Assembly: GCA_020137815.1 (NCBI GenBank)
Contig: CM035355.1
Location: 5,394,001 to 5,458,000, forward strand
DNA: 64,000 nt
Direction of reading: 5' to 3'
Source of the DNA: Hormiphora californensis
Lineage: Eukaryota > Animalia > Ctenophora
The notes beneath the pieces were generated by a model that saw nothing but the letters and a program-made list of their open reading frames with translations, was not told where the DNA came from and made no database searches. Positions within the stretch are counted from its first letter, which is position 1; the number at the start of each line of letters is the position of its first letter. Shown here in pieces: positions 20,308 through 30,689 of this stretch. The translations under genes were made by a program, and so were the position numbers.

Positions 20308-21861
20308 TTATTCGACTCTGATCATGTGACCTCGTTCATTAACCACCCACTGATTCAACAACTTGCTATTGCCAGCCTCCTCATTAAACAACAACCACAG
20401 GAACTTCAGAGTCCCACCGACAAACCAACTCTCCATTTTATCCGTCCTGAGTATCGCACCCCTGCCCCTGACATCCAGAACACCTGTATAGCCTGAACAT
20501 GTCCTAGCACTCCGCTCAATCCCCCGGAACAGCTCCCAACCCCAGTCTCTGTACACCTGTTTCTCGGTAACCAACCAAAGAACAAGGAGAGACTCCAAGA
20601 AATCTGGTCGAAGTTCACTCCGGCTATCCTCGACTGACATCTCACCATTAGATTCAATACGAAATACAGCAGGTGTGAGCCCGGTTGGCTGGGATACGGT
20701 TGCTAGGTAACAGGTCTTGGCGAGTCTTTCAGCCAGGTTGAGATGCCAGGATGGGGCTACTCCGTGGTGGTAACCCAGAGCCAACATGGCTGATACTCCA
20801 CACCCTTGGACTGACATCTCAGGGACGAGGTCTCGGGAGGACCGTCCCAGGACTGTCAAACCTTCCTGTTCTGAGATTAGTCGGCGGGCCATGGAGTGGA
20901 CGGAGAGAAGATATCGGTGTTTGAAGGAATCCTGCCGGGTTAGAATCCACTGCTTCAAAAGGCCCGAGTAATACCCTAAACCCCCTCCATTGATATCGAT
21001 CTCAAAACCCTGGAATGTGGCCGTCCGACGATTTATAATCCCTGGTAACAACCCATCCTGAGGGGCACTTTGAGCGATCATGTTGGCTGCAGATTGTGCT
21101 GTCTTTAACAAACCCTCCTCCCCTGTAATCCTTGCCAGCGCGAGAAGTTCTAAATGAGATGATGTTATGTCAGCAGAACTGATCAGGCAACTCTCTGCAC
21201 CCCTCCTGCAGGGCTGTCCGCACTGTCGTTTGTCCAGATCGATCAGTGTCATTGGGAGAAGGTGGGCAGGGTTAGGATAACACTCCCTTACAATAGATCC
21301 TATCTCACTGGCTCGAGAGAGGTAATGTTGTGTACCGTTATTAGTATCTGTAAGGTAGTGGAGTTCTAGTAGAGAAGCAAGGACTGAGGTGGTGAGAGTT
21401 TTTGTCTTGACTGTCGAAGATTTGGAGATTTGGTAATGTTTTTTCAGCCACTGATCTGCTTTCCTGAACTCATCACCTAGTCCCATTAACCGGAGCGTTG
21501 CCATGGCTTCTAAGATGCTCTCTCCCATCCTCAAACTACCATTACCACCTATCTTACTCAGTGGTTTTAAGAAATCACAACCCCAAGCGTGGTTCTGATA
21601 CGAAGACCACGCATGCTGGACCGCTTCTTTAACTGCGGTTGCCCTGGCTTCAGGTGTACCAGCACAGTGGGTGCTATAAAAGTGAACCACACAAGTATCA
21701 AGTTCTACTCGACATGGAGCTTGAGATTCCGGGGGTGAAGTTATGGGTCGCTCAGAAAAGTGGGAGACAGGAGTTTTGATTGTGATGAGAAAGAGGGAGA
21801 TTGAAAGGACGGATCCAAGTTGGAAAATAACTTTGCGACGGAGTTTCGCCCACAGAAACAT
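20308..21861 (-). CDS. Intronless glycosyl hydrolase family 47 (alpha-1,2-mannosidase-like) type II membrane protein, probably catalytically inactive
   Basis: MFLWAKLRRK plus TM, AVKEAVQHAWSSYQNHAWGCDFLKPLSK, LLKQW, LRPDFLES, YRDWGW, DKMESWF, TLKFLWLLF. ATG at 21861 preferred over the TTG start in the ORF track. Confidence 0.9.
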   Translation of the reverse strand: MFLWAKLRRKVIFQLGSVLSISLFLITIKTPVSHFSERPITSPPESQAPCRVELDTCVVHFYSTHCAGTPEARATAVKEAVQHAWSSYQNHAWGCDFLKPLSKIGGNGSLRMGESILEAMATLRLMGLGDEFRKADQWLKKHYQISKSSTVKTKTLTTSVLASLLELHYLTDTNNGTQHYLSRASEIGSIVRECYPNPAHLLPMTLIDLDKRQCGQPCRRGAESCLISSADITSSHLELLALARITGEEGLLKTAQSAANMIAQSAPQDGLLPGIINRRTATFQGFEIDINGGGLGYYSGLLKQWILTRQDSFKHRYLLSVHSMARRLISEQEGLTVLGRSSRDLVPEMSVQGCGVSAMLALGYHHGVAPSWHLNLAERLAKTCYLATVSQPTGLTPAVFRIESNGEMSVEDSRSELRPDFLESLLVLWLVTEKQVYRDWGWELFRGIERSARTCSGYTGVLDVRGRGAILRTDKMESWFVGGTLKFLWLLFNEEAGNSKLLNQWVVNERGHMIRVE

Positions 21862-22392
21862 GGAGCAAACTAGAAAAAAGGGGAGAGGTTTTAGTATGGT
21901 CACATGTCGTATACTCAGGTTACAGACCAGGAAATGTGATAAGATGTTATCAGTTGTTAAAAAGACACCACCGCGGTGTGTTCCTGTCTTTTTGCAGTAC
22001 TGTTCATTACTTTTCTGCAACTGTAAATTCTCCTAGCATCTAGATCCTAGTCCTTTAAAATAACATTACATTGTCGCCCCTTAATGTTACTTGCTATCTC
22101 AATTCTCATTGTCGGTGCTATAACATGCGATGCAAATTGCATTAGAATATATCTTTTGCATTGTCTCATTGGCTTATTTCGCCCTTTTCGTTCGTCATAT
22201 TCTCTGCAGTTGCGGTTTGGTTTGTACTACAAGGACAATGCGAAGTAGAAGACAAATAGTTTTAAATATACGGTAGAGTATGATATAGAAATATAATATC
22301 ACATGTTTGCGTTTGACAAATGCACTATCTTGATGAAACTTTATGTCCACTGTCAAAGCTTTAGTTAATTTCGTTTTTTTATAAACCATTAA

Positions 22393-23753
22393 AGTAAGAG
22401 TGGCGCGCCGTGTTTTCTCACAAAACTTAGTGGATGAACGGGGAGTACCACCAGGACCATTAGTACGGTATCGAAAATTTTCAATTCTGTTTCGTTCATT
22501 AGTTATGACGTAATATGTTCATTATTTCGACTTTTATAAAATTGCTCTACAGAAAAATCTGTGCATTGTGGATTGAAATGGATGCTTGCATCGTGTTCAG
22601 CGTCAAAAAATAGCCGGGGTACCAAATTTTGGTGTCTCTACCTTGTCTGTGACGCGAGATATCGACAATTATCAAAAACGATCAAAAATGGGAGAAAGAG
22701 AGTTTGTTATCTTTGGGTGCTAGTTGTTTGTGCGCGCCACCCACTTATGAAACCCGATAGTTGATTTATCAGTCGTTTGAAGATTTTGCGCGCTCATGAT
22801 AACTGCTAGCTGGGGGATTTAACACCCTGCTCGCGATTTATCAGGCCAGTGTCCTTTTTCACGCGTTTCTCTTCATTTGAATAACATGCGTGTAAAATTC
22901 TAAGTATTGAAAATGTGTGTAAACACACAGTTCTGTCAACAAAAGAAAGGGGAAACATGTCTGCAACACGTTTCAATGTTATCTCTCTCATAAGGAGTGA
23001 AAAGAATCACATTCCATTCATTTCTCTCTCTCATTGTCTCTTTTACTGTTCACTACCTCTGACAGTGTGTATTGCCCCTAATCTTTCTCTCTCTTTCTCA
23101 AACATGTTAGGAACAGTAGACACTAAGTCTACACACATTTTCACGGTGTCTGTTGACTAATTGCCAGCAGTCCTAGTGTGTTTCACCTTGTGTTGTGTCT
23201 CTTATTTGTGTGTAATTACTATCGGGTTTCATAAAATATGAACAGTTTGTTAGCCTATCGCGTTATAGGTTTAAATCACCTCCCCCTCACCCTCGGCTGG
23301 CGCCTCGGGATCGGCGTCGGGATTTAAACCAGTTTAATCGCCCTGCCGGGCGATTAAACTCCAGTTGGCTGTCCCCAGCTCGCGCTGGGAACAGCCAACT
23401 TGATAACGCGCCAGTCTACAAACGTTCATAGTTCATGTAACAAACTCTCTTTCTCTCACTTTGGTCGTTTTTGATATTTGTCGATATCTCGCGTCACAGA
23501 CAAGGTAGAGACACCAAAATTTGGTACCCCGGCTATTTTTTGACGCTGAACACGATGCAAGCATCCATTTCAATCCACAATGCACAGATTTTTCTGTAGA
23601 GCAATTTTATAAAAGTCGAAATAATGAACATATTACGTCATAACTAATGAACGAGACAGAATTGGAAATTTTCGATACCGTACCAATGGTCCTGGTGGTA
23701 CTCCCCGTTCATCCACTAAGTTTTGTGAGAAAACACGGCGCGCCACTCTTACT
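22393..23753. mobile_element. Non-autonomous DNA transposon with about 315-bp TIRs and TTAA target duplication (Kolobok-like)
   Basis: TTAA|AGTAAGAGTGGCGCGCCGTGTTTTCTCAC...GTGAGAAAACACGGCGCGCCACTCTTACT|TTAA. TIRs about 22393-22710 and 23438-23753. TTAA TSD with AG..CT termini fits Kolobok better than piggyBac (CCC..GGG). Confidence 0.85.
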
Positions 23754-24125
23754 TTAAGTGTTTAGATTCAGTTAACAGCTATAACAGGGCTAAAACACTG
23801 ATACAGTTGCCGGTATGTGCTAGCCAGTGCTAGCAGCTTGAATCTTCTGATCTGCTGTCTCTCTGCTCTCGGCGACTCCCCTGTGTGTAAGCCCAATTCT
23901 ACCGGCGCGCGACCAAGATGCGCGTGGTCTACAAATTCTTCCTCGCGCCCTACGCAAATGTGACAAAGAACTCAGTGGCGTGGCCGGACAACAGCCCGGT
24001 ACTGTCCCACAAAAACTTGCCTTGTTCGACCCTGTCTCACCGCGCCCTGTCAAGGAGGGGACCAACTTACAAAAGTACCCGGACCTCCAATTACAACTGT
24101 AATAACTCGATCCAATCTAGGAGGT

Positions 24126-26958
24126 ATGTCTGCTGTAGCATCTGAGTCACTGAAGGAGAAGGCTGTATGGCTGCTGGAGAGAATGATGGAGTCTGACCCT
24201 GTATGGGCCCAATACCCTGAGCTAAAAGAGAAGTTAGAGGGCGTGAAGGGTTTGGAGGACGCTGTTGCGGTCGCCTACAGAGCACTGTGCTAACACCAAG
24301 GACCCGAAATGGGTGGGGCGATTGTATGGAGGTAAGGACCGAGAGAGAAACCATTTACAGTTTCTATTCTAGCTCTCCCAACAAACACTATTTCTTTTAT
24401 TGGTTATTTTATTGACTATTTCCATTATTTCAACATAACCCTCTACTTTGTGACGATTAGGAGGAAGTGAAGCATCCTATTTGGCGGAGATGATAGTATC
24501 TTTCTACAACAAGAATGTTCATACCTACGTGGCGGGACCTCTCTTTACCACTGCGGAACATGCAATCATTAACAAGGTCCTAGGTAAGTCACTACAATTC
24601 GCAGAGAAGACGTGTGGGACTCACACTGCATTTCATGTCATCAAATGAGCGCACTCTATGTATTGAAAACCGAAATAGGAACAGAATGCCGAAATGTGTC
24701 GTTTTTCGGTAATATCACTTGTCTTCTGTAGTGAAACATCTGTCATGAGAGGTAGTTATGAGCTTATTACATTGCTACTATCACTGATAAAACAGATACT
24801 AGAGAGTGAAAGGGAGAGGAAGAGGGAGACAGAGAGAGAGAGACATATATAGATAGAGCGAAACAGACAGAGGGTGTGTGTGAGAATGCGAGAAAGGGAT
24901 AGTGAACTTACATAACGGTCGACAGGGACATCTCTAATAATACCTCAGAAAACTGTCACATCTCATTCACATGACCTGTCTCATAGCTAGGAAGAGAGAG
25001 AGGGGGTTAGTGAATCATTTCACAAGATAACGTGAATTAAAAGTGATTATAAATTCAATAACTTAACTACAAAACTAAAACAGAAATCACTTTATAATCC
25101 ATTTATCACAATACATTCAGTCCATTATATCTCTCTTCCATTTCACCTCTCCTTCTCGGTTGGTTTAGGTAGGGGGACAACGTTAGGGGTCGGTTGCCCA
25201 ATTCTAGCATCGTTGGCAGCGACAGATTCATCTGCAAAGAAAATGTGTTTCGGTGATATATAAATTAGTGCCGAGCTGGAGTTTGAATGATGATCTTTAT
25301 TGATAAACTCAGGAATGTCTCAATGGAATATCAGGACTGTGTGCTAGGTCTAACTCATGAGAATTACAATCTATGACGTCATCATACCTGCAAAATAGTA
25401 CCTCTCTCCCTGGGTATTGGAACCTCTGTCATACTCTGGTTCCCCATGGTATGAAGAGCCGGCTGTAGCAGAGAGAGACCTCCGGGTTACAGCATTTGCA
25501 GAACGGGTTATAGCGTGTCGGAGCATGCTATAAGGAAATATGTGGTGTTAGCATGTCTAAAAATCATAGTATATTCAGCAAGTTGGAAAAGATTGGAAAG
25601 GATTGAAAAATTGGGTCGATTTGTTAACTTTCTTTGTTTCGTTTCAGGTTATGTTGGATGGGACCCGGCCATCTCTGCTGGGATTTTCTTCCCAGGGGGC
25701 AGCTACTGCAACCTTGTCTCTTACATTTGTGCTCGGCACAGAAGAGATCCCGATGTGAAACAGAAGGGGCTTACAAAACCTATGAAGGTCAGTATTTGAA
25801 ATGATTGGCATGTTCCAAGTCGTTCGGATCTCACCGAGCCCGAATTCGATTCATCGAAAGACAGCCTGTGTAGAGTGACTGGTAGATTTTGACTATCATG
25901 TTCATTGTTCACTATCGACTCTTCCACGTATGAACCCAGAACCATAGCTAACACCCCTGTTTCTCAGATGATAACCTCAATCTACTCGCACTACTCGGTC
26001 GACAAGTCGGCGATAATGATGGGGCTCGGTCTAGACAGTGTGATAAAGATTGACTTTGAGGCGACCTCTATTGAGGAATTCGAGAGGATCGTGGTGGAAA
26101 ACAATGTGTTTTGTCTGAATTCCACCTTTGGAACAACTTCCTACGGAAACTTGGAGTCGGTGAAAAAGTTTGATGAGGTAAATGGATCGGCAATACTTGT
26201 TGTCTTTCTTTTACTTCTAAAACAAATAGTATTTACCCCGCTGAAATGTAACTTACGATAGCGATAGGAGCCCCAGTACCCAAAATCCCCGATTACAAGC
26301 GGTATGAAACCACTAATATCTCTCTCTCACTACACAGGTGATGAAGAAACACGGTGTTTGGCATCACGTTGACGCCTGTGTGGGTGCGTGTGCCCTGTTT
26401 TCCAACAAATACCGCTACCTCACCTCCGAACTAGCGACCGCTGACTCCATCACCGTGGACTGCCACAAACTGCTGAATATCACCATGCAGTGCAGTTGTG
26501 TGCTGGTCAAAGAGGGGAAACTACTGAACGAATGTTCAACCGTTACTGCTCCGTACCTGTTCCACAAGTATGGAAACTCCGTGGACCACTCTCAGAGATC
26601 CTTCCAATGCGGCAGGAAGGCAGATGGGTTTAAATTGTGGTTCTGTGACGCTGTGGATGATCTTGATAAACAGGCCACCATGGTCTACGATAGGGCTGCG
26701 GATTTCCACAAAATTCTGGCTGGAGACGAGAGGTTCAACCACATCTACGCTGATTCTCCAACTCACATCTGTTTCCGTGTGAGGGGAAAGGAGGAGATTG
26801 ATTATGAGAGAGCTGTGGAGGGACTAAGAAAGAGAGGATTTTATATCGAGTATTATATTGATTTCTTTAGGCTGGTCCCCGTTAATGAATCGTTCGGAGA
26901 GGAACAGCTGAGGGGTGTTCTAGATGAGATCTATGATGTGGTCATGAAGGAGTGTTAG
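24126..26958 (+). CDS. Group II PLP-dependent decarboxylase (GAD/CSAD-like), 5 exons; one +1 frameshift near 24275
   Basis: Approximate exons 24126-24331, 24461-24583, 25649-25787, 25968-26177, 26338-26958. Motifs HCANTKDPKWVGRLYGG, NKNVHTYVAGP, FFPGGSYCN, SHYSVDKSAIMMGLG, TFGTTSYG, WHHVDAC, ADSITVDCHKLL (PLP lysine), APYLF, QCGRKADGFKLW, FFR. Confidence 0.9.
25143..25526 (-). CDS. NDUFV3: NDUFV3-like mitochondrial complex I 10-kDa subunit, 2 exons, 75 aa, nested antisense in the decarboxylase intron
   Basis: Exons 25526-25388 and 25231-25143 (GT-AG) give MLRHAITRSANAVTRRSLSATAGSSYHGEPEYDRGSNTQGERYYFADESVAANDARIGQPTPNVVPLPKPTEKER*. This is an Arg/Ser/Ala-rich mitochondrial presequence plus Y-x-F-x-D-x8-R-x-x-Q-P-[ST], the spacing of the NDUFV3 C-terminal motif (human YTFLDLNLELSKFRMPQPS). 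Confidence 0.7.
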
Positions 26959-27615
26959 AAAAGTATACCTTACTCTCGTTTTTTAAGAAACGCTTTAGTA
27001 AGAAACTTTTTTATAAGAAATTTTTCAAATGTAAATCACACAATTCAGAGACACCACAACAAAATAGAACACCCCTAACTTGTTTAGTTTCTTGATAAAG
27101 GAGAAATTATTTTTGTTTTTGGATTGCTAACACCTGTAGTTTCTTAGAAAAAAAGTTTCTTATTTAAAAGTTTCTTGAAATATGCGAGCTTAATTAACGA
27201 GAGTAAGGTATTCTGTTCTAATTTCTATTAGTTCAACAATATGATGCTATTTTTTGTTTCGTAAATAAAACTCGGGGATTCCCCTAACTTCTAAACTGAA
27301 CAGTATAAGCATTACAACCAACAAAAGTATTACTGATAATGATATGAATTAGATAAGAAAAATAATAATAATAATAATAATACACGTACTTTATTCCGCC
27401 CATACCGTCCAGGGGCAGCAGATCAAAATATAACTACTACCACTGACGGCAATCAGAGCGGGATACAAAGTTAGAAAAAACACTCTCTTAGAAGACCAAC
27501 TTGGAAAAACTGAAGTAAAACGGCTCACATAATAAGAATATGAAAATACAACGTAAAAAAAACTATAATTCAGTAATGATAACCCTTGAAAAAAAAACAT
27601 ACAAGTTAAACTTGC

Positions 27616-28485
27616 CTAGACATCATCAAGTGTAACATACTCATGAGTAATTTCTTTCTCTGCAACTTTAACGACCCTGAACCCATTTTTATCAGTCCCT
27701 AATTGTTGTCCCACCGCGGATGTAACAATGAGCTCAACCCGATCCTTAAACCATCCACCTGCATTCCTATGGTAGTGACCACAAAACACTTTCGAAATAC
27801 CGGCATCCATGAACTTCTCCGTCATCTTCGTCCTCAGATCAATCTCGAAGTTAAAATATAACTTGTCCTCGTTAGGGTCGTTTAAAAACCACGGAATGTG
27901 CTGGAAGACCACAGAGTGAGTGTAATCCTTTGCACGTGCAAGTTGTTTCTCCAACCACTCCTCGTGCTCTTTTGCCAGATCTCCTACCCTTGAGGAATCA
28001 GCATAGTACTGGGAGTTTATGACAATACCAAAGAGACCCCGGCACACAAAACTATACCAATCATCCCCGAAATCTGATCGGTACCGGTCCACAGTTTGGG
28101 GTGTTGGTGAGTTACCAACATCATGGTTACCGCACACACACAACAGAGGGACCTTCAACTGATCATAAATCTCGTAGAAATCTGCTTTCTGTCTATCCCG
28201 AGTTTCGGGCCACTTTTCGGGCCACGCATCCAGGATGTCCCCACACATAATGGCAAAAACCGGATCTATCTTGTTTACCATTCCCACAAAAGATCTACTC
28301 CACTCCTTTTCCTTTTCCCAAGTCGCTTCGTCATACCCTTCGTCGTATGTATGGAAACCCATCCGACTAACCCATTCCATTCCAAATTGACAGTCAGCCG
28401 CCTGAACGAAGGTAAACTCTCCAGTAAATTCCTCCCCACTCCCAGGTATTTTCAGGGTGTGATCGGACGCTCGGAGAACAGGCAT
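27616..28485 (-). CDS. CPPED1: Calcineurin-like metallophosphoesterase CPPED1, copy A (intronless, 289 aa)
   Basis: Motifs FVQAADCQFG, CGD, VCGNHDVGN, FGDDWYSF, VVFQHIPWF, FCGHYHRNAGG, VTSAVGQQLG. Confidence 0.93.
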   Translation of the reverse strand: MPVLRASDHTLKIPGSGEEFTGEFTFVQAADCQFGMEWVSRMGFHTYDEGYDEATWEKEKEWSRSFVGMVNKIDPVFAIMCGDILDAWPEKWPETRDRQKADFYEIYDQLKVPLLCVCGNHDVGNSPTPQTVDRYRSDFGDDWYSFVCRGLFGIVINSQYYADSSRVGDLAKEHEEWLEKQLARAKDYTHSVVFQHIPWFLNDPNEDKLYFNFEIDLRTKMTEKFMDAGISKVFCGHYHRNAGGWFKDRVELIVTSAVGQQLGTDKNGFRVVKVAEKEITHEYVTLDDV

Positions 28486-28974
28486 GTTGCTACGGGTGAA
28501 ATAGACAATGTTTTAACAAGACAATTTATGGGTTAGAGATAGGCTGATTTGGAACTCGTCGGAAATTTCCAGTATTTTCCCAGTGTCCCTGTGCATCCGG
28601 TACCAGGGGCAGCACCCACGGTCAAGGGGTATCCAACGGGGGTTGAAACCCCCCACAATTCGGGACCATGGGTGTAGCCCAAGCGGGGATGTATGGAGCA
28701 GAGCTCCCACGAGCAGGCTGCAAGGTCCAGGGAATTCAAGGCTCAAGCCGCGCTAGGGATACAGGGCACAAATGCTTGGCAAACGCTGCTGGCCCCCGAT
28801 AGCGCAGCGCGGGATACGGATCCCTAAAAAAGTTCATAAACATTCATAAAATAGATTAAATTAGGTACACAAAGTTTCAGCTCAGCAAAAGCTAACACTC
28901 AGAAGACAATACGTCAGCGATTTATATATGCAGTCAAGTCACGATTAAAAGCAAAATAACTTCATGAATCGCTC

Positions 28975-29720
28975 ATCTCTCTAAAAAGTAAAAACACTTG
29001 GGTCATTCCTCCAATCGAAAAGGGAGTTACTATGCTCCACACGATAACCGCGAACAGGTGGCTGATCAGGGATAGTGGATAAGTAGGATCCAAGGGACTG
29101 CTTCAGCTCGAGAAGTGAGATAGATTCTCTCACTGCACGGGGCAAGGAGTTCCAAATCTGGGCTCCTCTTACACCGAAAGATGCATCATATGGGCCAGAG
29201 ATGGTTTTGGCTGCGAGGTAATTATAACGGGGAATCACTGCCGTCTGCCCTAATACCAAGACGAGGGTGCTCATTGAACAATAGCCCAGTACTGTTAGGT
29301 GCAACCTTATGGAGAACCTTCCAGACGTGGATAATCATGTATCGCTCACGTCGTCGTTGAAGAGACAGTAAATTCAGATGCTTTAATCTGTCCCAGTAGC
29401 CCATACCAGAACAGCTTTTAATCCTACGGGTAAAGTATCTCTGGGTTTCCTCAAATTATCCAATGTCTGACTTTTTAGTAGGACTCCACAGTGGACAGCA
29501 GTACTCTACCTGGGGTCTAATGATTGATTTCAGCAACGTTAGCATGGTCTCGTCTGACCTATCTCTAAAAACACTGAGCGCCCATCCACTCATGCGACGG
29601 GCCTTGGCAGTGATATTACCGATGTGTTCAGTCCATGTACAGTCTGAAGAAAGGAGGACTCCTAGATCCCTGACCGTATTGCTAGGTGATTGACTCACCA
29701 CCGGGGCCATTGTAGATGTA
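28975..29720 (-). mobile_element. 5'-truncated, frameshifted CR1/L2-group LINE fragment (3' end of ORF2)
   Basis: Fragments VRDLGVLLSSDCTWTEHI, IIRPQVEYCCPLWSP, YWDRLKHLNLLSLQRRRER, SFGVRGAQIWNSLP, IPDQPPVRGY..NSL are typical of the post-RT region of CR1-like elements. Broken across three ORFs. Confidence 0.88.
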
Positions 29721-29843
29721 GTTCTGATAGGAAAAGGGAAGTTCTCTTAGGAGTAGTGTGGAACAAAGAGTGTAATGTAATAACTCAAACTTGTCCTGGT
29801 GGAGGGACATATTATTTACACAGCCTAGACATCATCAAGCAGC

Positions 29844-30689
29844 CTAGACATCATCTAGTGTAACATACTCATGACTAATTTCATTCTCTGCAACTTTAAC
29901 GACCCTGAATCCATTCTTATCAGACCCTGATTGTTGTCCCACCGCAGATGTAACAATGAGCTCAACCTGATCCTTAAACCATCCTCCTGCATTCCTATGG
30001 TAGTGACCACAAAACACTTTGGAAATACCGGCATCCATGAACTTCTCCATCAGCTTCGTCTTCAGCTTGTCCTCGTTAGGGTCGTTTAAAAACCACGGAA
30101 TGTGCTGGAATACCACAGAGTGAGTGTAATCCTTTGCACGTGCAAGTTGTTTCTCCAACCACTCCTCGTGCTCTCTTGCCAGATCTCCTACCCTTGAGGA
30201 ATCAGCATAGTACTGGGAGTTTATGACAATACCAAAGAGACCCCGGCACACAAAACTATACCAATCATCCCCGAAATCTGATCGGTACCGGTCCACAGTT
30301 TGGGGTGTTGGTGAGTTACCAACATCATGGTTACCGCACACACACAACAGAGGAACCTTCAACTGATCATAAATTTCGTAAAAATCTGCTTTCTGTCTAT
30401 CCCGGGTTTCGGGCCACTTTTCGGGCCACGCATCCAGGATGTCCCCACACATAATGGCAAAAGCCGGATCTATCTTGTTCACCATTCCCACAAATGATCT
30501 ACTCCACTCCTTTTCCTTCTCCCAAGTCGCTTCATCATACCCTTCGTCGTGTTTATGGAAACCCATCCGACTAACCCATTCCATACCAAACTGACAGTCA
30601 GCCGCCTGAACGAAGGTAAACTCTCCAGTAAATTCCTCTCCGCTCCCAGGTATTTTCAGGGTGTGATCGGACGCTCGGAGAACAGGCAT
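29844..30689 (-). CDS. CPPED1: CPPED1 copy B (intronless, 281 aa, 8-aa in-frame deletion)
   Basis: Near-identical to copy A but lacks YFNFEIDL. About 250 bp of upstream flank (28490-28740 vs 30690-30970) is also duplicated. Confidence 0.9.
   Translation of the reverse strand: MPVLRASDHTLKIPGSGEEFTGEFTFVQAADCQFGMEWVSRMGFHKHDEGYDEATWEKEKEWSRSFVGMVNKIDPAFAIMCGDILDAWPEKWPETRDRQKADFYEIYDQLKVPLLCVCGNHDVGNSPTPQTVDRYRSDFGDDWYSFVCRGLFGIVINSQYYADSSRVGDLAREHEEWLEKQLARAKDYTHSVVFQHIPWFLNDPNEDKLKTKLMEKFMDAGISKVFCGHYHRNAGGWFKDQVELIVTSAVGQQSGSDKNGFRVVKVAENEISHEYVTLDDV

Noticed and set aside
21862-22020. N-terminal 53-aa extension of the GH47 ORF
   Set aside because: It depends on a non-ATG start. The ATG at 21861 follows an acceptor and precedes the type II anchor.
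27616-30689. CPPED1 copies as retrocopies or bacterial horizontal transfers
   Set aside because: The upstream flank is co-duplicated, there is no poly-A or TSD, and the motifs match eukaryotic CPPED1.
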